A stretch of DNA of 64,000 nucleotides from Escherichia coli (GTDB taxonomy: Bacteria > Pseudomonadota > Gammaproteobacteria > Enterobacterales > Enterobacteriaceae): NCBI RefSeq assembly GCF_029227855.1, contig NZ_CP074356.1. One strand, given 5' to 3'. A program made the position numbers and the translations under genes. Shown here piece by piece: positions 45,947-58,735 of the stretch. The notes beneath the pieces were generated by a model. The model was given only the letters and a program-made list of their open reading frames with translations. It had not been told where the DNA came from and made no database searches. The stretch's first letter is position 1, and every line of letters starts with the position of its first letter.

Positions 45947-46977
45947 TGATTCGGTTGTACCCGGAACAACTCCGCGCGCAGCTCAATGAAGGGCTGCGCG
46001 CGGCGTATCTTTTACTTGGTAACGATCCTCTGTTATTGCAGGAAAGCCAGGACGCTATTCGTCAGGTCGCTGCGGCGCAAGGGTTCGAAGAACACCACAC
46101 TTTTTCCATTGATCCCAACACTGACTGGAATGCGATCTTTTCGTTATGCCAGGCCATGAGTCTGTTTGCCAGTCGACAAACGCTATTGCTGTTGTTACCC
46201 GAAAACGGACCGAATGCGGCGATCAATGAACAACTTCTCACACTCACCGGACTTCTGCATGACGACCTGCTGTTGATCGTCCGCGGTAATAAATTAAGCA
46301 AAGCGCAAGAAAATGCCGCCTGGTTTACTGCTCTTGCGAATCGCAGCGTGCAGGTGACCTGTCAGACACCGGAGCAGGCTCAGCTTCCCCGCTGGGTTGC
46401 TGCGCGTGCAAAACAGCTCAACTTAGAACTGGATGACGCTGCAAACCAAGTGCTCTGCTACTGTTATGAAGGTAACCTGCTGGCGCTGGCCCAGGCACTG
46501 GAGCGTTTATCGCTGCTCTGGCCAGACGGCAAACTGACATTACCGCGCGTTGAACAGGCGGTGAATGATGCCGCGCATTTCACCCCTTTTCATTGGGTTG
46601 ATGCTTTGTTGATGGGAAAAAGTAAGCGCGCGTTGCATATTCTTCAGCAACTTCGTCTGGAAGGCAGCGAACCGGTTATTTTGTTGCGCACATTACAACG
46701 TGAACTGTTGTTACTGGTTAACCTGAAACGCCAGTCTGCCCATACGCCACTGCGTGCATTGTTTGATAAGCATCGGGTATGGCAGAACCGCCGGGGCATG
46801 ATGGGCGAGGCGTTAAATCGCTTAAGCCAGCCGCAGTTACGTCAGGCCGTGCAACTCCTGACACGAACGGAACTCACCCTCAAACAAGATTACGGTCAGT
46901 CAGTGTGGGCAGAGCTGGAAGGGTTATCTCTTCTGTTGTGCCATAAACCTCTGGCGGACGTATTTATCGACGGTTGA
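45946..46977 (+). CDS. holA: DNA polymerase III delta subunit (343 aa)
   Basis: ORF track 343 aa [39 protein letters not shown]...; start overlaps lptE stop. Confidence 0.96.
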
Positions 46978-46978
46978 T

Positions 46979-47620
46979 ATGAAATCTTTACAGGCTCTGT
47001 TTGGCGGCACCTTTGATCCGGTGCACTATGGACATCTTAAACCCGTGGAAACGCTGGCGAATTTGATTGGTCTGACGCGGGTCACAATCATCCCTAATAA
47101 TGTTCCTCCGCATCGTCCCCAGCCGGAAGCGAACAGCGTGCAGCGTAAACACATGCTTGAACTGGCGATTGCCGACAAGCCATTATTTACTCTTGATGAA
47201 CGCGAGCTAAAGCGCAATGCCCCCTCTTACACTGCGCAAACACTGAAAGAGTGGCGGCAGGAACAAGGGCCAGACGTGCCGCTGGCGTTTATTATTGGTC
47301 AGGATTCACTGCTGACCTTTCCGACCTGGTACGAATACGAAACGATACTCGACAATGCACATTTGATCGTCTGTCGGCGTCCAGGTTACCCACTTGAAAT
47401 GGCGCAACCGCAATACCAGCAATGGCTGGAAGATCATTTGACACATAACCCGGAAGATCTTCACCTTCAGCCTGCCGGTAAAATTTATCTGGCTGAAACG
47501 CCGTGGTTTAACATCTCGGCGACCATCATCCGCGAACGTTTGCAAAACGGTGAATCGTGTGAGGATTTATTGCCGGAACCGGTACTGACTTACATTAACC
47601 AACAAGGCTTGTATCGCTGA
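46979..47620 (+). CDS. nadD: Nicotinate-nucleotide adenylyltransferase (213 aa)
   Basis: ORF track 213 aa [20 protein letters not shown]... Confidence 0.96.
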
Positions 47621-47643
47621 TACCTGTCGTTACGGAGGGCATG

Positions 47644-48255
47644 ATGCGACTGTGGTTAATTCGTCATGGCGAAACGCAAGCGAATATCGATGGTCTGTAC
47701 AGCGGTCATGCTCCCACACCCCTGACTGCGCGCGGTATTGAGCAAGCGCAAAATCTGCATACGCTGCTACATGGTGTTTCCTTTGACCTGGTTTTATGCA
47801 GTGAACTGGAACGGGCACAGCATACCGCGCGACGGGTTCTCAGTGATCGCCAGCTTCCCGTGCAAATCATCCCTGAACTCAACGAAATGTTTTTTGGCGA
47901 CTGGGAGATGCGACATCATCGCGACCTCATGCAAGAAGATGCCGAAAACTATAGCGCGTGGTGCAATGACTGGCAGCATGCTATCCCCACGAACGGTGAA
48001 GGATTTCAGGCATTTTCACAACGAGTGGAACGGTTTATCGCAAGGCTTAGTGAATTTCAGCACTATCAGAATATTTTAGTCGTCAGCCATCAGGGTGTAC
48101 TGAGTCTGTTAATCGCCCGTTTAATTGGTATGCCTGCCGAAGCTATGTGGCATTTTCGCGTTGACCAGGGGTGTTGGAGCGCCATTGATATCAACCAAAA
48201 ATTCGCGACGCTACGCGTCCTCAATAGCCGTGCCATCGGGGTCGAGAATGCATGA
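47644..48255 (+). CDS. cobC: Adenosylcobalamin/alpha-ribazole phosphatase, histidine phosphatase family (203 aa)
   Basis: ORF 47641..48255 (MMRLWLIRHGETQAN...); RHGE catalytic motif; second ATG gives the 203-aa length. Confidence 0.9.
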   Translation: MRLWLIRHGETQANIDGLYSGHAPTPLTARGIEQAQNLHTLLHGVSFDLVLCSELERAQHTARRVLSDRQLPVQIIPELNEMFFGDWEMRHHRDLMQEDAENYSAWCNDWQHAIPTNGEGFQAFSQRVERFIARLSEFQHYQNILVVSHQGVLSLLIARLIGMPAEAMWHFRVDQGCWSAIDINQKFATLRVLNSRAIGVENA

Positions 48256-48496
48256 CTTTTCTGTTTTTTTACGGGTAAGCCGCAACGACCATTGACAGCC
48301 CCGGGCAGGCTGATATTCTCCGCAGCCAGACTTTTTTCGCCAGACACGACTTTGTAGAAATTGTTTTACAAAAATGGCGATGCAATCTGCGGCGCGGGGT
48401 GGGATGATAGCCCACTTTCGAAAGCCGATTCGGCGACAATTGTCCCGAAATCGCCTCTGGTTCAGGTATACTGACAGACCATTTTTATCTATTTGA

Positions 48497-48832
<336 letters not shown>

Positions 48833-48835
48833 TGC

Positions 48836-49303
48836 GTGAAGCTGCAACTTGTCGCCGTGGGAACGAAAATGCCGGACTGGGTACAAACCGGTTTTACCGA
48901 GTACCTGCGTCGTTTTCCGAAAGATATGCCCTTCGAGCTGATTGAAATTCCGGCCGGAAAACGCGGCAAGAATGCGGACATCAAGCGCATACTCGACAAA
49001 GAGGGTGAGCAGATGTTGGCGGCCGCAGGCAAAAACCGCATTGTCACCCTCGATATTCCAGGCAAGCCCTGGGATACGCCGCAGTTAGCCGCTGAGCTGG
49101 AACGCTGGAAGCTGGATGGTCGCGACGTCAGTCTACTGATTGGCGGGCCTGAAGGGTTGTCGCCTGCCTGTAAAGCGGCGGCGGAGCAGAGCTGGTCGCT
49201 GTCGGCGCTTACCCTCCCCCATCCGTTGGTTCGCGTGCTGGTCGCAGAGAGTCTGTACCGGGCGTGGAGCATCACCACCAACCATCCTTATCACCGTGAG
49301 TGA
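48836..49303 (+). CDS. rlmH: 23S rRNA m3-pseudouridine1915 methyltransferase RlmH (155 aa), GTG start
   Basis: ORF track 155 aa [28 protein letters not shown]... Confidence 0.95.
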
Positions 49304-49333
49304 TAAGGGAGCTTTGAGTAGAAAACGCAGCGG

Positions 49334-51235
49334 ATGAAACTACAGAACTCTTTTCGCGACTATACGGCAGAGTCCGCGCTGTTTGTGCGCCGGGCGCTGG
49401 TCGCCTTTTTGGGGATTTTGCTGCTGACCGGCGTGCTTATCGCCAACCTGTATAATCTGCAAATTGTTCGCTATACCGATTACCAGACCCGCTCTAATGA
49501 AAACCGCATTAAGCTGGTGCCTATCGCGCCCAGCCGCGGCATTATCTACGACCGTAACGGTATCCCTCTGGCCCTCAACCGCACTATCTACCAGATAGAA
49601 ATGATGCCGGAGAAAGTCGATAACGTGCAGCAAACGCTGGACGCTTTGCGCAGCGTGGTTGATCTGACCGATGACGATATTGCTGCATTCCGAAAAGAGC
49701 GCGCACGTTCACACCGTTTCACCTCCATTCCGGTGAAAACTAACCTGACCGAAGTACAAGTAGCTCGCTTTGCCGTCAATCAGTACCGTTTTCCGGGTGT
49801 TGAAGTTAAAGGCTATAAACGTCGTTACTATCCTTACGGTTCGGCGTTGACCCACGTCATCGGCTATGTGTCGAAAATCAACGATAAAGACGTCGAACGC
49901 CTGAATAATGACGGCAAACTGGCCAACTATGCGGCAACGCATGATATCGGTAAGCTGGGCATTGAGCGTTACTATGAAGACGTGCTGCACGGTCAGACCG
50001 GTTATGAAGAGGTTGAAGTTAACAACCGTGGGCGTGTTATCCGCCAGTTAAAAGAAGTGCCACCGCAAGCCGGACACGATATTTACCTGACGCTGGATCT
50101 CAAACTCCAGCAATATATTGAAACGCTGCTGGCGGGTAGCCGCGCAGCGGTGGTAGTCACCGATCCGCGTACAGGTGGGGTGCTGGCGCTGGTTTCCACG
50201 CCTAGTTATGACCCAAACCTATTTGTTGACGGTATCTCCAGCAAAGATTATTCCGCCTTGCTGAACGACCCGAATACACCGCTGGTGAACCGCGCCACAC
50301 AGGGGGTTTATCCTCCCGCGTCTACAGTTAAACCCTATGTGGCGGTTTCGGCATTGAGCGCCGGAGTGATCACGCGCAATACGACGCTGTTTGACCCAGG
50401 CTGGTGGCAACTGCCAGGTTCGGAAAAACGTTATCGTGACTGGAAAAAATGGGGCCACGGGCGTCTGAATGTCACAAGATCGCTGGAAGAATCTGCGGAT
50501 ACCTTCTTCTATCAGGTGGCCTACGATATGGGAATCGATCGCCTCTCCGAATGGATGGGTAAATTCGGTTATGGTCATTACACCGGTATCGACCTGGCGG
50601 AAGAACGTTCCGGCAACATGCCTACCCGCGAATGGAAACAGAAACGCTTTAAAAAACCGTGGTATCAGGGTGACACCATTCCGGTTGGTATCGGTCAGGG
50701 TTACTGGACAGCGACCCCAATCCAGATGAGTAAGGCACTGATGATCCTGATTAATGACGGTATCGTGAAGGTTCCGCATTTGCTGATGAGCACCGCCGAA
50801 GACGGCAAACAGGTGCCATGGGTACAACCGCATGAACCGCCCGTCGGCGATATTCATTCCGGTTACTGGGAGCTGGCAAAAGACGGTATGTACGGTGTTG
50901 CTAACCGCCCTAACGGTACGGCGCATAAATACTTTGCCAGCGCACCGTACAAAATTGCGGCGAAATCTGGTACAGCTCAGGTCTTCGGTCTGAAAGCGAA
51001 CGAAACCTATAATGCGCACAAAATTGCCGAGCGTTTACGTGACCACAAACTGATGACTGCCTTTGCGCCATACAACAATCCGCAAGTGGCTGTCGCCATG
51101 ATTCTGGAGAACGGTGGCGCGGGTCCAGCGGTTGGTACGCTGATGCGCCAGATCCTCGACCACATTATGCTGGGTGATAACAACACCGATCTGCCTGCGG
51201 AAAATCCAGCGGTTGCCGCAGCGGAGGACCATTAA
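49334..51235 (+). CDS. mrdA: Penicillin-binding protein 2, elongasome transpeptidase (633 aa)
   Basis: ORF track 633 aa [33 protein letters not shown]...; STVK active-site motif. Confidence 0.97.
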   Translation: MKLQNSFRDYTAESALFVRRALVAFLGILLLTGVLIANLYNLQIVRYTDYQTRSNENRIKLVPIAPSRGIIYDRNGIPLALNRTIYQIEMMPEKVDNVQQTLDALRSVVDLTDDDIAAFRKERARSHRFTSIPVKTNLTEVQVARFAVNQYRFPGVEVKGYKRRYYPYGSALTHVIGYVSKINDKDVERLNNDGKLANYAATHDIGKLGIERYYEDVLHGQTGYEEVEVNNRGRVIRQLKEVPPQAGHDIYLTLDLKLQQYIETLLAGSRAAVVVTDPRTGGVLALVSTPSYDPNLFVDGISSKDYSALLNDPNTPLVNRATQGVYPPASTVKPYVAVSALSAGVITRNTTLFDPGWWQLPGSEKRYRDWKKWGHGRLNVTRSLEESADTFFYQVAYDMGIDRLSEWMGKFGYGHYTGIDLAEERSGNMPTREWKQKRFKKPWYQGDTIPVGIGQGYWTATPIQMSKALMILINDGIVKVPHLLMSTAEDGKQVPWVQPHEPPVGDIHSGYWELAKDGMYGVANRPNGTAHKYFASAPYKIAAKSGTAQVFGLKANETYNAHKIAERLRDHKLMTAFAPYNNPQVAVAMILENGGAGPAVGTLMRQILDHIMLGDNNTDLPAENPAVAAAEDH

Positions 51236-51237
51236 TC

Positions 51238-52350
51238 ATGACGGATAATCCGAATAAAAAAACATTCTGGGATAAAGTCCATCTCGATCCCACAATGCTG
51301 CTGATCTTACTGGCATTGCTGGTTTACAGCGCCCTGGTTATCTGGAGCGCCAGCGGTCAGGATATTGGCATGATGGAGCGTAAAATCGGCCAAATCGCGA
51401 TGGGTCTGGTCATCATGGTGGTGATGGCGCAAATTCCTCCACGCGTTTATGAAGGCTGGGCCCCCTATCTCTATATCATCTGTATTATTTTGCTGGTGGC
51501 AGTAGATGCTTTTGGTGCCATCTCTAAAGGCGCTCAACGCTGGCTGGACCTCGGTATCGTTCGTTTTCAGCCGTCGGAAATTGCCAAAATAGCCGTACCA
51601 CTGATGGTAGCGCGCTTTATCAACCGCGACGTTTGCCCGCCATCGTTGAAGAACACTGGCATCGCGCTGGTGCTGATATTTATGCCCACGCTGCTGGTGG
51701 CTGCACAGCCTGACCTGGGAACATCAATCCTCGTTGCGCTTTCCGGTCTGTTTGTACTGTTCCTCTCTGGCCTTAGCTGGCGTCTGATTGGCGTCGCAGT
51801 AGTGCTGGTAGCGGCGTTCATTCCGATTCTGTGGTTCTTCCTGATGCATGATTACCAGCGCCAGCGCGTAATGATGCTCCTGGACCCGGAATCAGACCCA
51901 CTCGGCGCGGGCTATCACATTATTCAGTCTAAAATTGCTATTGGCTCCGGCGGATTACGCGGCAAAGGCTGGCTGCACGGCACTCAGTCACAACTTGAAT
52001 TTCTCCCCGAACGCCATACCGACTTTATCTTCGCGGTACTGGCGGAAGAGCTGGGATTAGTGGGCATTTTGATTCTGCTCGCTCTCTACATTCTGCTGAT
52101 CATGCGCGGGCTGTGGATAGCCGCCAGAGCGCAAACCACCTTTGGTCGCGTCATGGCTGGCGGCTTAATGCTGATATTATTCGTTTATGTCTTCGTAAAT
52201 ATTGGTATGGTAAGCGGTATTCTGCCGGTTGTAGGGGTTCCGCTCCCACTGGTCAGTTATGGAGGATCGGCGCTAATTGTGCTGATGGCTGGGTTCGGGA
52301 TTGTAATGTCAATCCACACCCACAGGAAAATGTTGTCGAAAAGCGTGTAA
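51238..52350 (+). CDS. mrdB: Peptidoglycan glycosyltransferase RodA, SEDS family (370 aa)
   Basis: ORF track 370 aa [39 protein letters not shown]... Confidence 0.97.
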   Translation: MTDNPNKKTFWDKVHLDPTMLLILLALLVYSALVIWSASGQDIGMMERKIGQIAMGLVIMVVMAQIPPRVYEGWAPYLYIICIILLVAVDAFGAISKGAQRWLDLGIVRFQPSEIAKIAVPLMVARFINRDVCPPSLKNTGIALVLIFMPTLLVAAQPDLGTSILVALSGLFVLFLSGLSWRLIGVAVVLVAAFIPILWFFLMHDYQRQRVMMLLDPESDPLGAGYHIIQSKIAIGSGGLRGKGWLHGTQSQLEFLPERHTDFIFAVLAEELGLVGILILLALYILLIMRGLWIAARAQTTFGRVMAGGLMLILFVYVFVNIGMVSGILPVVGVPLPLVSYGGSALIVLMAGFGIVMSIHTHRKMLSKSV

Positions 52351-52360
52351 GAGGTGCGCA

Positions 52361-53449
52361 ATGCGTAAGCAGTGGCTCGGGATCTGCATCGCGGCAGGAA
52401 TGCTCGCGGCATGTACAAGCGATGATGGTCAGCAACAGACGGTAAGTGTACCGCAGCCTGCGGTATGTAACGGCCCCATAGTTGAAATTAGCGGGGCGGA
52501 CCCGCGTTTCGAACCACTGAACGCGACGGCAAATCAGGATTACCAGCGCGACGGTAAAAGCTACAAAATCGTGCAGGATCCGTCTCGATTTAGCCAGGCG
52601 GGACTGGCGGCAATCTATGATGCCGAACCCGGCAGTAACCTGACGGCCTCTGGCGAAGCATTCGATCCGACACAGTTGACGGCGGCCCATCCAACGCTTC
52701 CGATCCCCAGCTACGCCAGAATCACTAACCTGGCTAACGGGCGAATGATCGTGGTGCGCATTAATGATCGCGGTCCTTACGGCAACGACCGCGTTATTTC
52801 GCTTTCTCGCGCGGCAGCTGACCGTCTTAACACGTCAAACAACACCAAAGTTCGTATCGATCCGATTATTGTCGCCCAGGATGGTTCGCTTTCTGGTCCT
52901 GGTATGGCTTGTACCACAGTTGCCAAACAGACTTACGCCCTGCCTGCACCTCCCGATTTAAGCGGTGGCGCGGGAACAAGTTCAGTGTCTGGCCCGCAGG
53001 GTGACATTCTTCCGGTCAGTAATTCGACGCTAAAAAGCGAAGATCCGACCGGCGCGCCGGTAACCAGCAGCGGTTTCCTCGGTGCACCAACGACGTTAGC
53101 GCCTGGTGTGCTGGAAGGCAGCGAACCAACACCTGCGCCACAGCCCGTTGTTACAGCCCCCTCGACAACGCCTGCAACCTCGCCTGCAATGGTGACACCG
53201 CAAGCCGACTCACAAAGCGCCAGCGGCAACTTTATGGTGCAAGTCGGGGCCGTTAGCGATCAGGCTCGTGCGCAACAGTACCAACAGCAACTGGGACAGA
53301 AGTTCGGCGTCCCCGGTCGCGTAACTCAAAATGGCGCGGTCTGGCGGATCCAGCTTGGCCCATTCGCCAGCAAAGCCGAAGCCAGTACCTTGCAGCAACG
53401 TTTGCAAACCGAAGCCCAATTACAGTCATTTATTACCACCGCGCAGTAG
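52361..53449 (+). CDS. rlpA: Septal ring lytic transglycosylase lipoprotein RlpA with SPOR domain (362 aa)
   Basis: ORF track 362 aa MRKQWLGICIAAGMLAACTSDD... with lipobox. Confidence 0.95.
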   Translation: MRKQWLGICIAAGMLAACTSDDGQQQTVSVPQPAVCNGPIVEISGADPRFEPLNATANQDYQRDGKSYKIVQDPSRFSQAGLAAIYDAEPGSNLTASGEAFDPTQLTAAHPTLPIPSYARITNLANGRMIVVRINDRGPYGNDRVISLSRAAADRLNTSNNTKVRIDPIIVAQDGSLSGPGMACTTVAKQTYALPAPPDLSGGAGTSSVSGPQGDILPVSNSTLKSEDPTGAPVTSSGFLGAPTTLAPGVLEGSEPTPAPQPVVTAPSTTPATSPAMVTPQADSQSASGNFMVQVGAVSDQARAQQYQQQLGQKFGVPGRVTQNGAVWRIQLGPFASKAEASTLQQRLQTEAQLQSFITTAQ

Positions 53450-53588
53450 CGTAAAGCAGGCATCTGATGTGTCAATTTCTGTAAATGACGTTAACAAAGT
53501 CACGCGGAAAGTCAGATGCCTGCCGGTAGTGCATTTGCTATAGTAGGGCACTTTTTTTAATTCCATCACGGATGTCGTAGTTCAGACC

Positions 53589-54800
53589 ATGAATACCATT
53601 TTTTCCGCTCGTATCATGAAGCGCCTGGCGCTCACCACGGCTCTTTGCACAGCCTTTATCTCTGCTGCACATGCCGATGACCTGAATATCAAAACTATGA
53701 TCCCGGGTGTACCGCAGATCGATGCGGAGTCCTACATCCTGATTGACTATAACTCCGGCAAAGTGCTCGCCGAACAGAACGCAGATGTCCGCCGCGATCC
53801 TGCCAGCCTGACCAAAATGATGACCAGTTACGTTATCGGCCAGGCAATGAAAGCCGGTAAATTTAAAGAAACTGATTTAGTCACTATCGGCAACGACGCA
53901 TGGGCCACCGGTAACCCGGTGTTTAAAGGCTCTTCACTGATGTTCCTCAAACCGGGCATGCAGGTTCCGGTTTCTCAGCTGATCCGCGGTATTAACCTGC
54001 AATCGGGTAACGATGCTTGTGTCGCCATGGCCGATTTTGCCGCTGGTAGCCAGGACGCTTTTGTTGGCTTGATGAACAGCTACGTTAACGCCCTGGGCCT
54101 GAAAAATACCCACTTCCAGACGGTACATGGTCTGGATGCTGATGGTCAGTACAGCTCCGCGCGAGATATGGCGCTGATCGGCCAGGCGTTGATCCGTGAC
54201 GTACCGAATGAATACTCGATCTATAAAGAAAAAGAATTTACGTTTAACGGTATTCGCCAGCTGAACCGTAACGGTCTGTTATGGGATAACAGCCTGAATG
54301 TCGACGGCATCAAAACCGGACACACTGACAAAGCAGGTTACAACCTTGTTGCTTCTGCGACTGAAGGCCAGATGCGCTTGATCTCTGCGGTGATGGGCGG
54401 ACGTACTTTTAAAGGCCGTGAAGCCGAAAGTAAAAAACTGCTGACCTGGGGCTTCCGTTTCTTCGAAACCGTTAACCCACTGAAAGTAGGTAAAGAGTTC
54501 GCCTCTGAACCGGTTTGGTTTGGTGATTCTGATCGCGCTTCGTTAGGTGTTGATAAAGACGTGTATCTGACCATTCCGCGTGGCCGCATGAAAGATCTGA
54601 AAGCCAGCTATGTGCTGAACAGCAGTGAATTGCATGCGCCGCTGCAAAAGAATCAGGTCGTCGGTACTATCAACTTCCAGCTTGATGGCAAAACGATCGA
54701 ACAACGCCCGCTGGTTGTGCTGCAAGAAATCCCGGAAGGCAACTTCTTCGGCAAAGTCATTGATTACATTAAATTAATGTTCCATCACTGGTTTGGTTAA
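53589..54800 (+). CDS. dacA: D-alanyl-D-alanine carboxypeptidase PBP5 (403 aa)
   Basis: ORF track 403 aa; SLTK active site; C-terminal amphipathic anchor. Confidence 0.97.
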   Translation: MNTIFSARIMKRLALTTALCTAFISAAHADDLNIKTMIPGVPQIDAESYILIDYNSGKVLAEQNADVRRDPASLTKMMTSYVIGQAMKAGKFKETDLVTIGNDAWATGNPVFKGSSLMFLKPGMQVPVSQLIRGINLQSGNDACVAMADFAAGSQDAFVGLMNSYVNALGLKNTHFQTVHGLDADGQYSSARDMALIGQALIRDVPNEYSIYKEKEFTFNGIRQLNRNGLLWDNSLNVDGIKTGHTDKAGYNLVASATEGQMRLISAVMGGRTFKGREAESKKLLTWGFRFFETVNPLKVGKEFASEPVWFGDSDRASLGVDKDVYLTIPRGRMKDLKASYVLNSSELHAPLQKNQVVGTINFQLDGKTIEQRPLVVLQEIPEGNFFGKVIDYIKLMFHHWFG

Positions 54801-54852
54801 AAATCGAACACTTGAAAGTGTAATTTCCGTCCCCATATACTAAGCATCAGTA

Positions 54853-54885
54853 AAAAACTCCCGCCTTCTGGCGGGAGTTGCTATT
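54853..54885 (+). terminator. dacA intrinsic terminator
   Basis: aaaaaactcccgcc-ttct-ggcgggagt followed by tgctattt. Confidence 0.65.
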
Positions 54886-54909
54886 TAATTACGTTACGCC
54901 GGAGCTGAC

Positions 54910-55173
54910 ATGAAAACCAAACTTAACGAACTGCTTGAATTCCCTACTCCTTTTACTTACAAAGTTATGGGGCAGGCGTTACCTGAGCTGGTTGATCAGG
55001 TGGTTGAAGTGGTACAGCGCCATGCGCCAGGTGACTACACCCCAACGGTAAAACCAAGCAGCAAAGGCAACTACCACTCGGTATCTATCACTATCAACGC
55101 TACTCATATCGAGCAGGTTGAAACACTGTATGAAGAACTGGGCAAAATCGATATTGTCCGCATGGTTCTGTAA
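54910..55173 (+). CDS. ybeD: UPF0250 protein YbeD (87 aa)
   Basis: ORF track 87 aa [43 protein letters not shown]... Confidence 0.93.
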
Positions 55174-55273
55174 CTCGCTTCTCCGTTACCCGGCTCCTGG
55201 TCGGGTAACTCCCCTCTCCTCGCTGTGATATACTTTTCCCCCACTTTTACTCATTCTCCACGGAGATGCCGTT

Positions 55274-55915
55274 TTGTATCAGGATAAAATTCTTGTCCGC
55301 CAGCTCGGTCTTCAGCCTTACGAGCCAATTTCCCAGGCTATGCATGAATTCACCGATACCCGCGATGATAGTACCCTTGATGAAATCTGGCTGGTCGAGC
55401 ACTATCCGGTATTCACCCAAGGGCAGGCAGGAAAAGCGGAGCACATTTTAATGCCGGGTGATATTCCGGTGATTCAGAGCGATCGCGGTGGGCAGGTGAC
55501 TTATCACGGGCCGGGGCAACAGGTGATGTATGTGTTGCTTAACCTGAAACGCCGTAAACTCGGTGTGCGTGAACTGGTGACCTTGCTTGAGCAAACAGTG
55601 GTGAATACCCTGGCTGAACTGGGTATAGAAGCGCATCCTCGGGCTGACGCGCCTGGTGTCTATGTCGGGGAAAAGAAAATTTGCTCACTGGGTTTACGTA
55701 TTCGACGCGGTTGTTCATTCCACGGTCTGGCATTAAACGTCAATATGGATCTTTCACCATTTTTACGTATTAATCCTTGTGGGTATGCCGGAATGGAAAT
55801 GGCTAAAATATCACAATGGAAACCCGAAGCGACGACTAATAATATTGCACCGCGTTTACTGGAAAATATTTTAGCGCTACTAAACAATCCTGACTTCGAA
55901 TATATTACCGCTTAA
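55274..55915 (+). CDS. lipB: Octanoyltransferase LipB (213 aa), TTG start
   Basis: ORF track 213 aa [32 protein letters not shown]...; the start codon in the sequence is TTG. Confidence 0.95.
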
Positions 55916-56174
55916 TTGCATACCTCAATGGCCCAATTTACACTGGGTCATTACTCATAATACCTGCTAATGCTTTACATCTCCTTCGCGTTTGTATATT
56001 TTCTTTATCACTTGCAGAAATGCGATGCTACGCCTTGCTCCGTAACTCACCCCATTGATTAACTTATTGAAATAGTTGATTATGGTGAGCAAAAGCGTTC
56101 CGTTCCAATTAGACATAAGATTATTGTAATTTTTTTAAATATTATTTTTCCATGAATAAAATTGGAGTAAGTGC

Positions 56175-57128
56175 GTGGATAGTAATAATCAAATTGAAAC
56201 CTGTTTAAGCAGAAAGTCGTCAGAAGGTAAACCACAAATATTTACAACCTTACGAAATATTGATCTTAACCTTCTGACTATTTTTGAAGCTGTATATGTA
56301 CATAAAGGGATCGTTAATGCAGCGAAAGTGCTTAATCTGACACCCTCGGCAATCAGTCAGTCTATTCAGAAACTGCGCGTTATATTCCCTGACCCATTGT
56401 TTATTCGCAAAGGCCAGGGTGTCACTCCTACCGCATTTGCGATGCATCTACATGAGTATATCAGTCAGGGCCTTGAGTCCATTCTTGGCGCGCTGGATAT
56501 CGAAGGAAGCTATGATAAGCAACGAACGATAACTATTGCGACCACCCCCTCGGTCGGAGCCCTGGTCCTTCCTGTCATCTATCGGGCGATTAAATCTCAC
56601 TATCCGCAGCTTTTACTGCGCAACCCCCCCATCAGCGACGCGGAAAACCAACTCAGTCAGTTTCAAACCGATCTCATCATCGATAACATGTTTTGCACCA
56701 ATCGTACGGTGCAACATCATGTTCTGTTCACCGACAATATGGTGTTAATTTTCCGCGAGGGAAATCCACTACTCTCTTTAGAAGATGACAGGGAGACTAT
56801 CGACAACGCTGCGCATATACTCCTGTTACCGGAAGGGCAAAATTTCAGCGGTCTGCGGCAGAGAGTTCAAGAGATGTTTCCGGACCGGCAAATCAGTTTC
56901 ACCAGCTACAACATTTTGACAATCGCTGCACTGGTTGCCAACAGTGACATGTTAGCGATTATTCCCAGCCGTTTTTATAACCTGTTTAGCCGTTGCTGGC
57001 CGCTGGAAAAACTGCCTTTTCCGTCCTTAAATGATGAGCAAATAGATTTCTCTATCCACTACAACAAATTCAGCCTGCGTGATCCCATCCTGCACGGGGT
57101 AATAGATGTTATCCGTAATGCATTTTGA
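56175..57128 (+). CDS. ybeF: LysR-family transcriptional regulator YbeF (317 aa), GTG start
   Basis: ORF track 317 aa with an N-terminal helix-turn-helix; located between lipB and lipA as in E. coli. Confidence 0.85.
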   Translation: MDSNNQIETCLSRKSSEGKPQIFTTLRNIDLNLLTIFEAVYVHKGIVNAAKVLNLTPSAISQSIQKLRVIFPDPLFIRKGQGVTPTAFAMHLHEYISQGLESILGALDIEGSYDKQRTITIATTPSVGALVLPVIYRAIKSHYPQLLLRNPPISDAENQLSQFQTDLIIDNMFCTNRTVQHHVLFTDNMVLIFREGNPLLSLEDDRETIDNAAHILLLPEGQNFSGLRQRVQEMFPDRQISFTSYNILTIAALVANSDMLAIIPSRFYNLFSRCWPLEKLPFPSLNDEQIDFSIHYNKFSLRDPILHGVIDVIRNAF

Positions 57129-57336
57129 AAAAGTATTGTTACAGCCAGATCACAGCGAAGAACGAAAAAATGGCACAATCCAACAACAATTTTACATTTT
57201 CGCGACCGCTTTGGCTGCTTTCAGGTCCGTTTCAATGATATACTGCCAGTCGTTAATTCAAAAATAGTTGATAATTACAACAATCTATTGAATTGAAACG
57301 CTTTCCTTCGTAATTCGCAACTGGAACACGCACGCT

Positions 57337-58302
57337 ATGAGTAAACCCATTGTGATGGAACGCGGTGTTAAATACCGCGATGCCGATAAGATGGCCCTTA
57401 TCCCGGTTAAAAACGTGGCAACAGAGCGCGAAGCCCTGCTGCGCAAGCCGGAATGGATGAAAATCAAGCTTCCAGCGGACTCTACACGTATCCAGGGCAT
57501 CAAAGCGGCAATGCGCAAAAATGGCCTGCATTCTGTCTGCGAGGAAGCCTCCTGCCCTAACCTGGCGGAATGCTTCAACCACGGCACAGCAACGTTTATG
57601 ATCCTCGGCGCTATTTGTACCCGCCGTTGTCCGTTCTGTGACGTTGCCCACGGTCGCCCGGTAGCTCCGGATGCCAATGAACCAGTGAAACTGGCGCAGA
57701 CCATTGCCGATATGGCGCTGCGTTATGTGGTTATCACCTCCGTTGACCGTGATGACCTGCGCGATGGCGGTGCCCAGCACTTTGCGGATTGCATTACTGC
57801 CATTCGGGAAAAAAGCCCGCAAATCAAAATTGAAACTCTGGTGCCGGATTTCCGCGGTCGTATGGATCGTGCTCTGGATATTCTAACCGCCACACCACCA
57901 GATGTGTTCAACCATAACCTGGAAAACGTACCGCGTATTTACCGTCAGGTACGGCCTGGTGCAGATTACAACTGGTCGCTGAAGCTGCTGGAACGCTTTA
58001 AAGAAGCGCATCCGGAAATCCCGACCAAGTCTGGTCTGATGGTGGGTCTGGGTGAAACCAATGAAGAAATTATTGAGGTAATGCGCGACCTGCGCCGTCA
58101 TGGTGTGACGATGTTAACGCTGGGGCAATATTTGCAGCCAAGCCGCCATCACCTGCCGGTTCAACGTTACGTTAGCCCGGATGAGTTCGACGAAATGAAA
58201 GCCGAAGCGCTGGCGATGGGCTTTACCCATGCTGCATGCGGTCCGTTTGTCCGCTCGTCTTACCACGCCGATTTGCAGGCGAAAGGGATGGAAGTTAAGT
58301 AA
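57337..58302 (+). CDS. lipA: Lipoyl synthase, radical SAM (321 aa)
   Basis: ORF track 321 aa [26 protein letters not shown]...; cysteine motifs CPNLAEC and CTRRCPFC. Confidence 0.97.
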
Positions 58303-58332
58303 TCCTGTAATAATTACTTACATCTGTCTGAT

Positions 58333-58364
58333 AAAAAACCCGCTTTTTGAAGCGGGTTTTTTTG
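58333..58364. terminator. Bidirectional terminator between convergent lipA and tatE
   Basis: aaaaaacccgct-ttttgaa-gcgggttttttt. Confidence 0.75.
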
Positions 58365-58403
58365 TATCGAACAAGATATTGAGGGAGCGTCCTGCTCGCC
58401 ACG

Positions 58404-58607
58404 TCACTCTTTATGAGAGAGCTTTTCAGCCTGAAGATCAACGTCTGCGCCTTTTTTCGCCGCAGCATCGTCATCATTCATCGCCTTCTTGAACCCTTTA
58501 ATGGCCGCTCCAAGGTCTCCGCCCAGCGTACGTAACTTCTTAGTCCCAAACAGCAGAACGACCAGCGCCGCAACTACCAGCAGTTTGGTAATACTAATCT
58601 CACCCAT
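58404..58607 (-). CDS. tatE: Sec-independent translocase component TatE (67 aa)
   Basis: ORF track 67 aa [43 protein letters not shown]... Confidence 0.95.
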   Translation of the reverse strand: MGEISITKLLVVAALVVLLFGTKKLRTLGGDLGAAIKGFKKAMNDDDAAAKKGADVDLQAEKLSHKE

Positions 58608-58735
58608 AGATACCTTCTTGACATATAACCGGCAACAGAACGCGCCTTAAAAACCAGAGAATATTAACGGTCATTCGACGCGCGCACACAATAGCAATCT
58701 GTAACAAGGTGAATCAAGCGCCGAGTAAAAAAACA

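Noticed and set aside
55970-56062. 30-codon ORF (MLYISFAFVYFLYHLQKCDATPCSVTHPID) in the AT-rich lipB-ybeF spacer.
   Set aside because: No Shine-Dalgarno-like sequence upstream, hydrophobic low-complexity composition, and AT-rich DNA produces such ORFs by chance. Not supportable without ribosome profiling or conservation.
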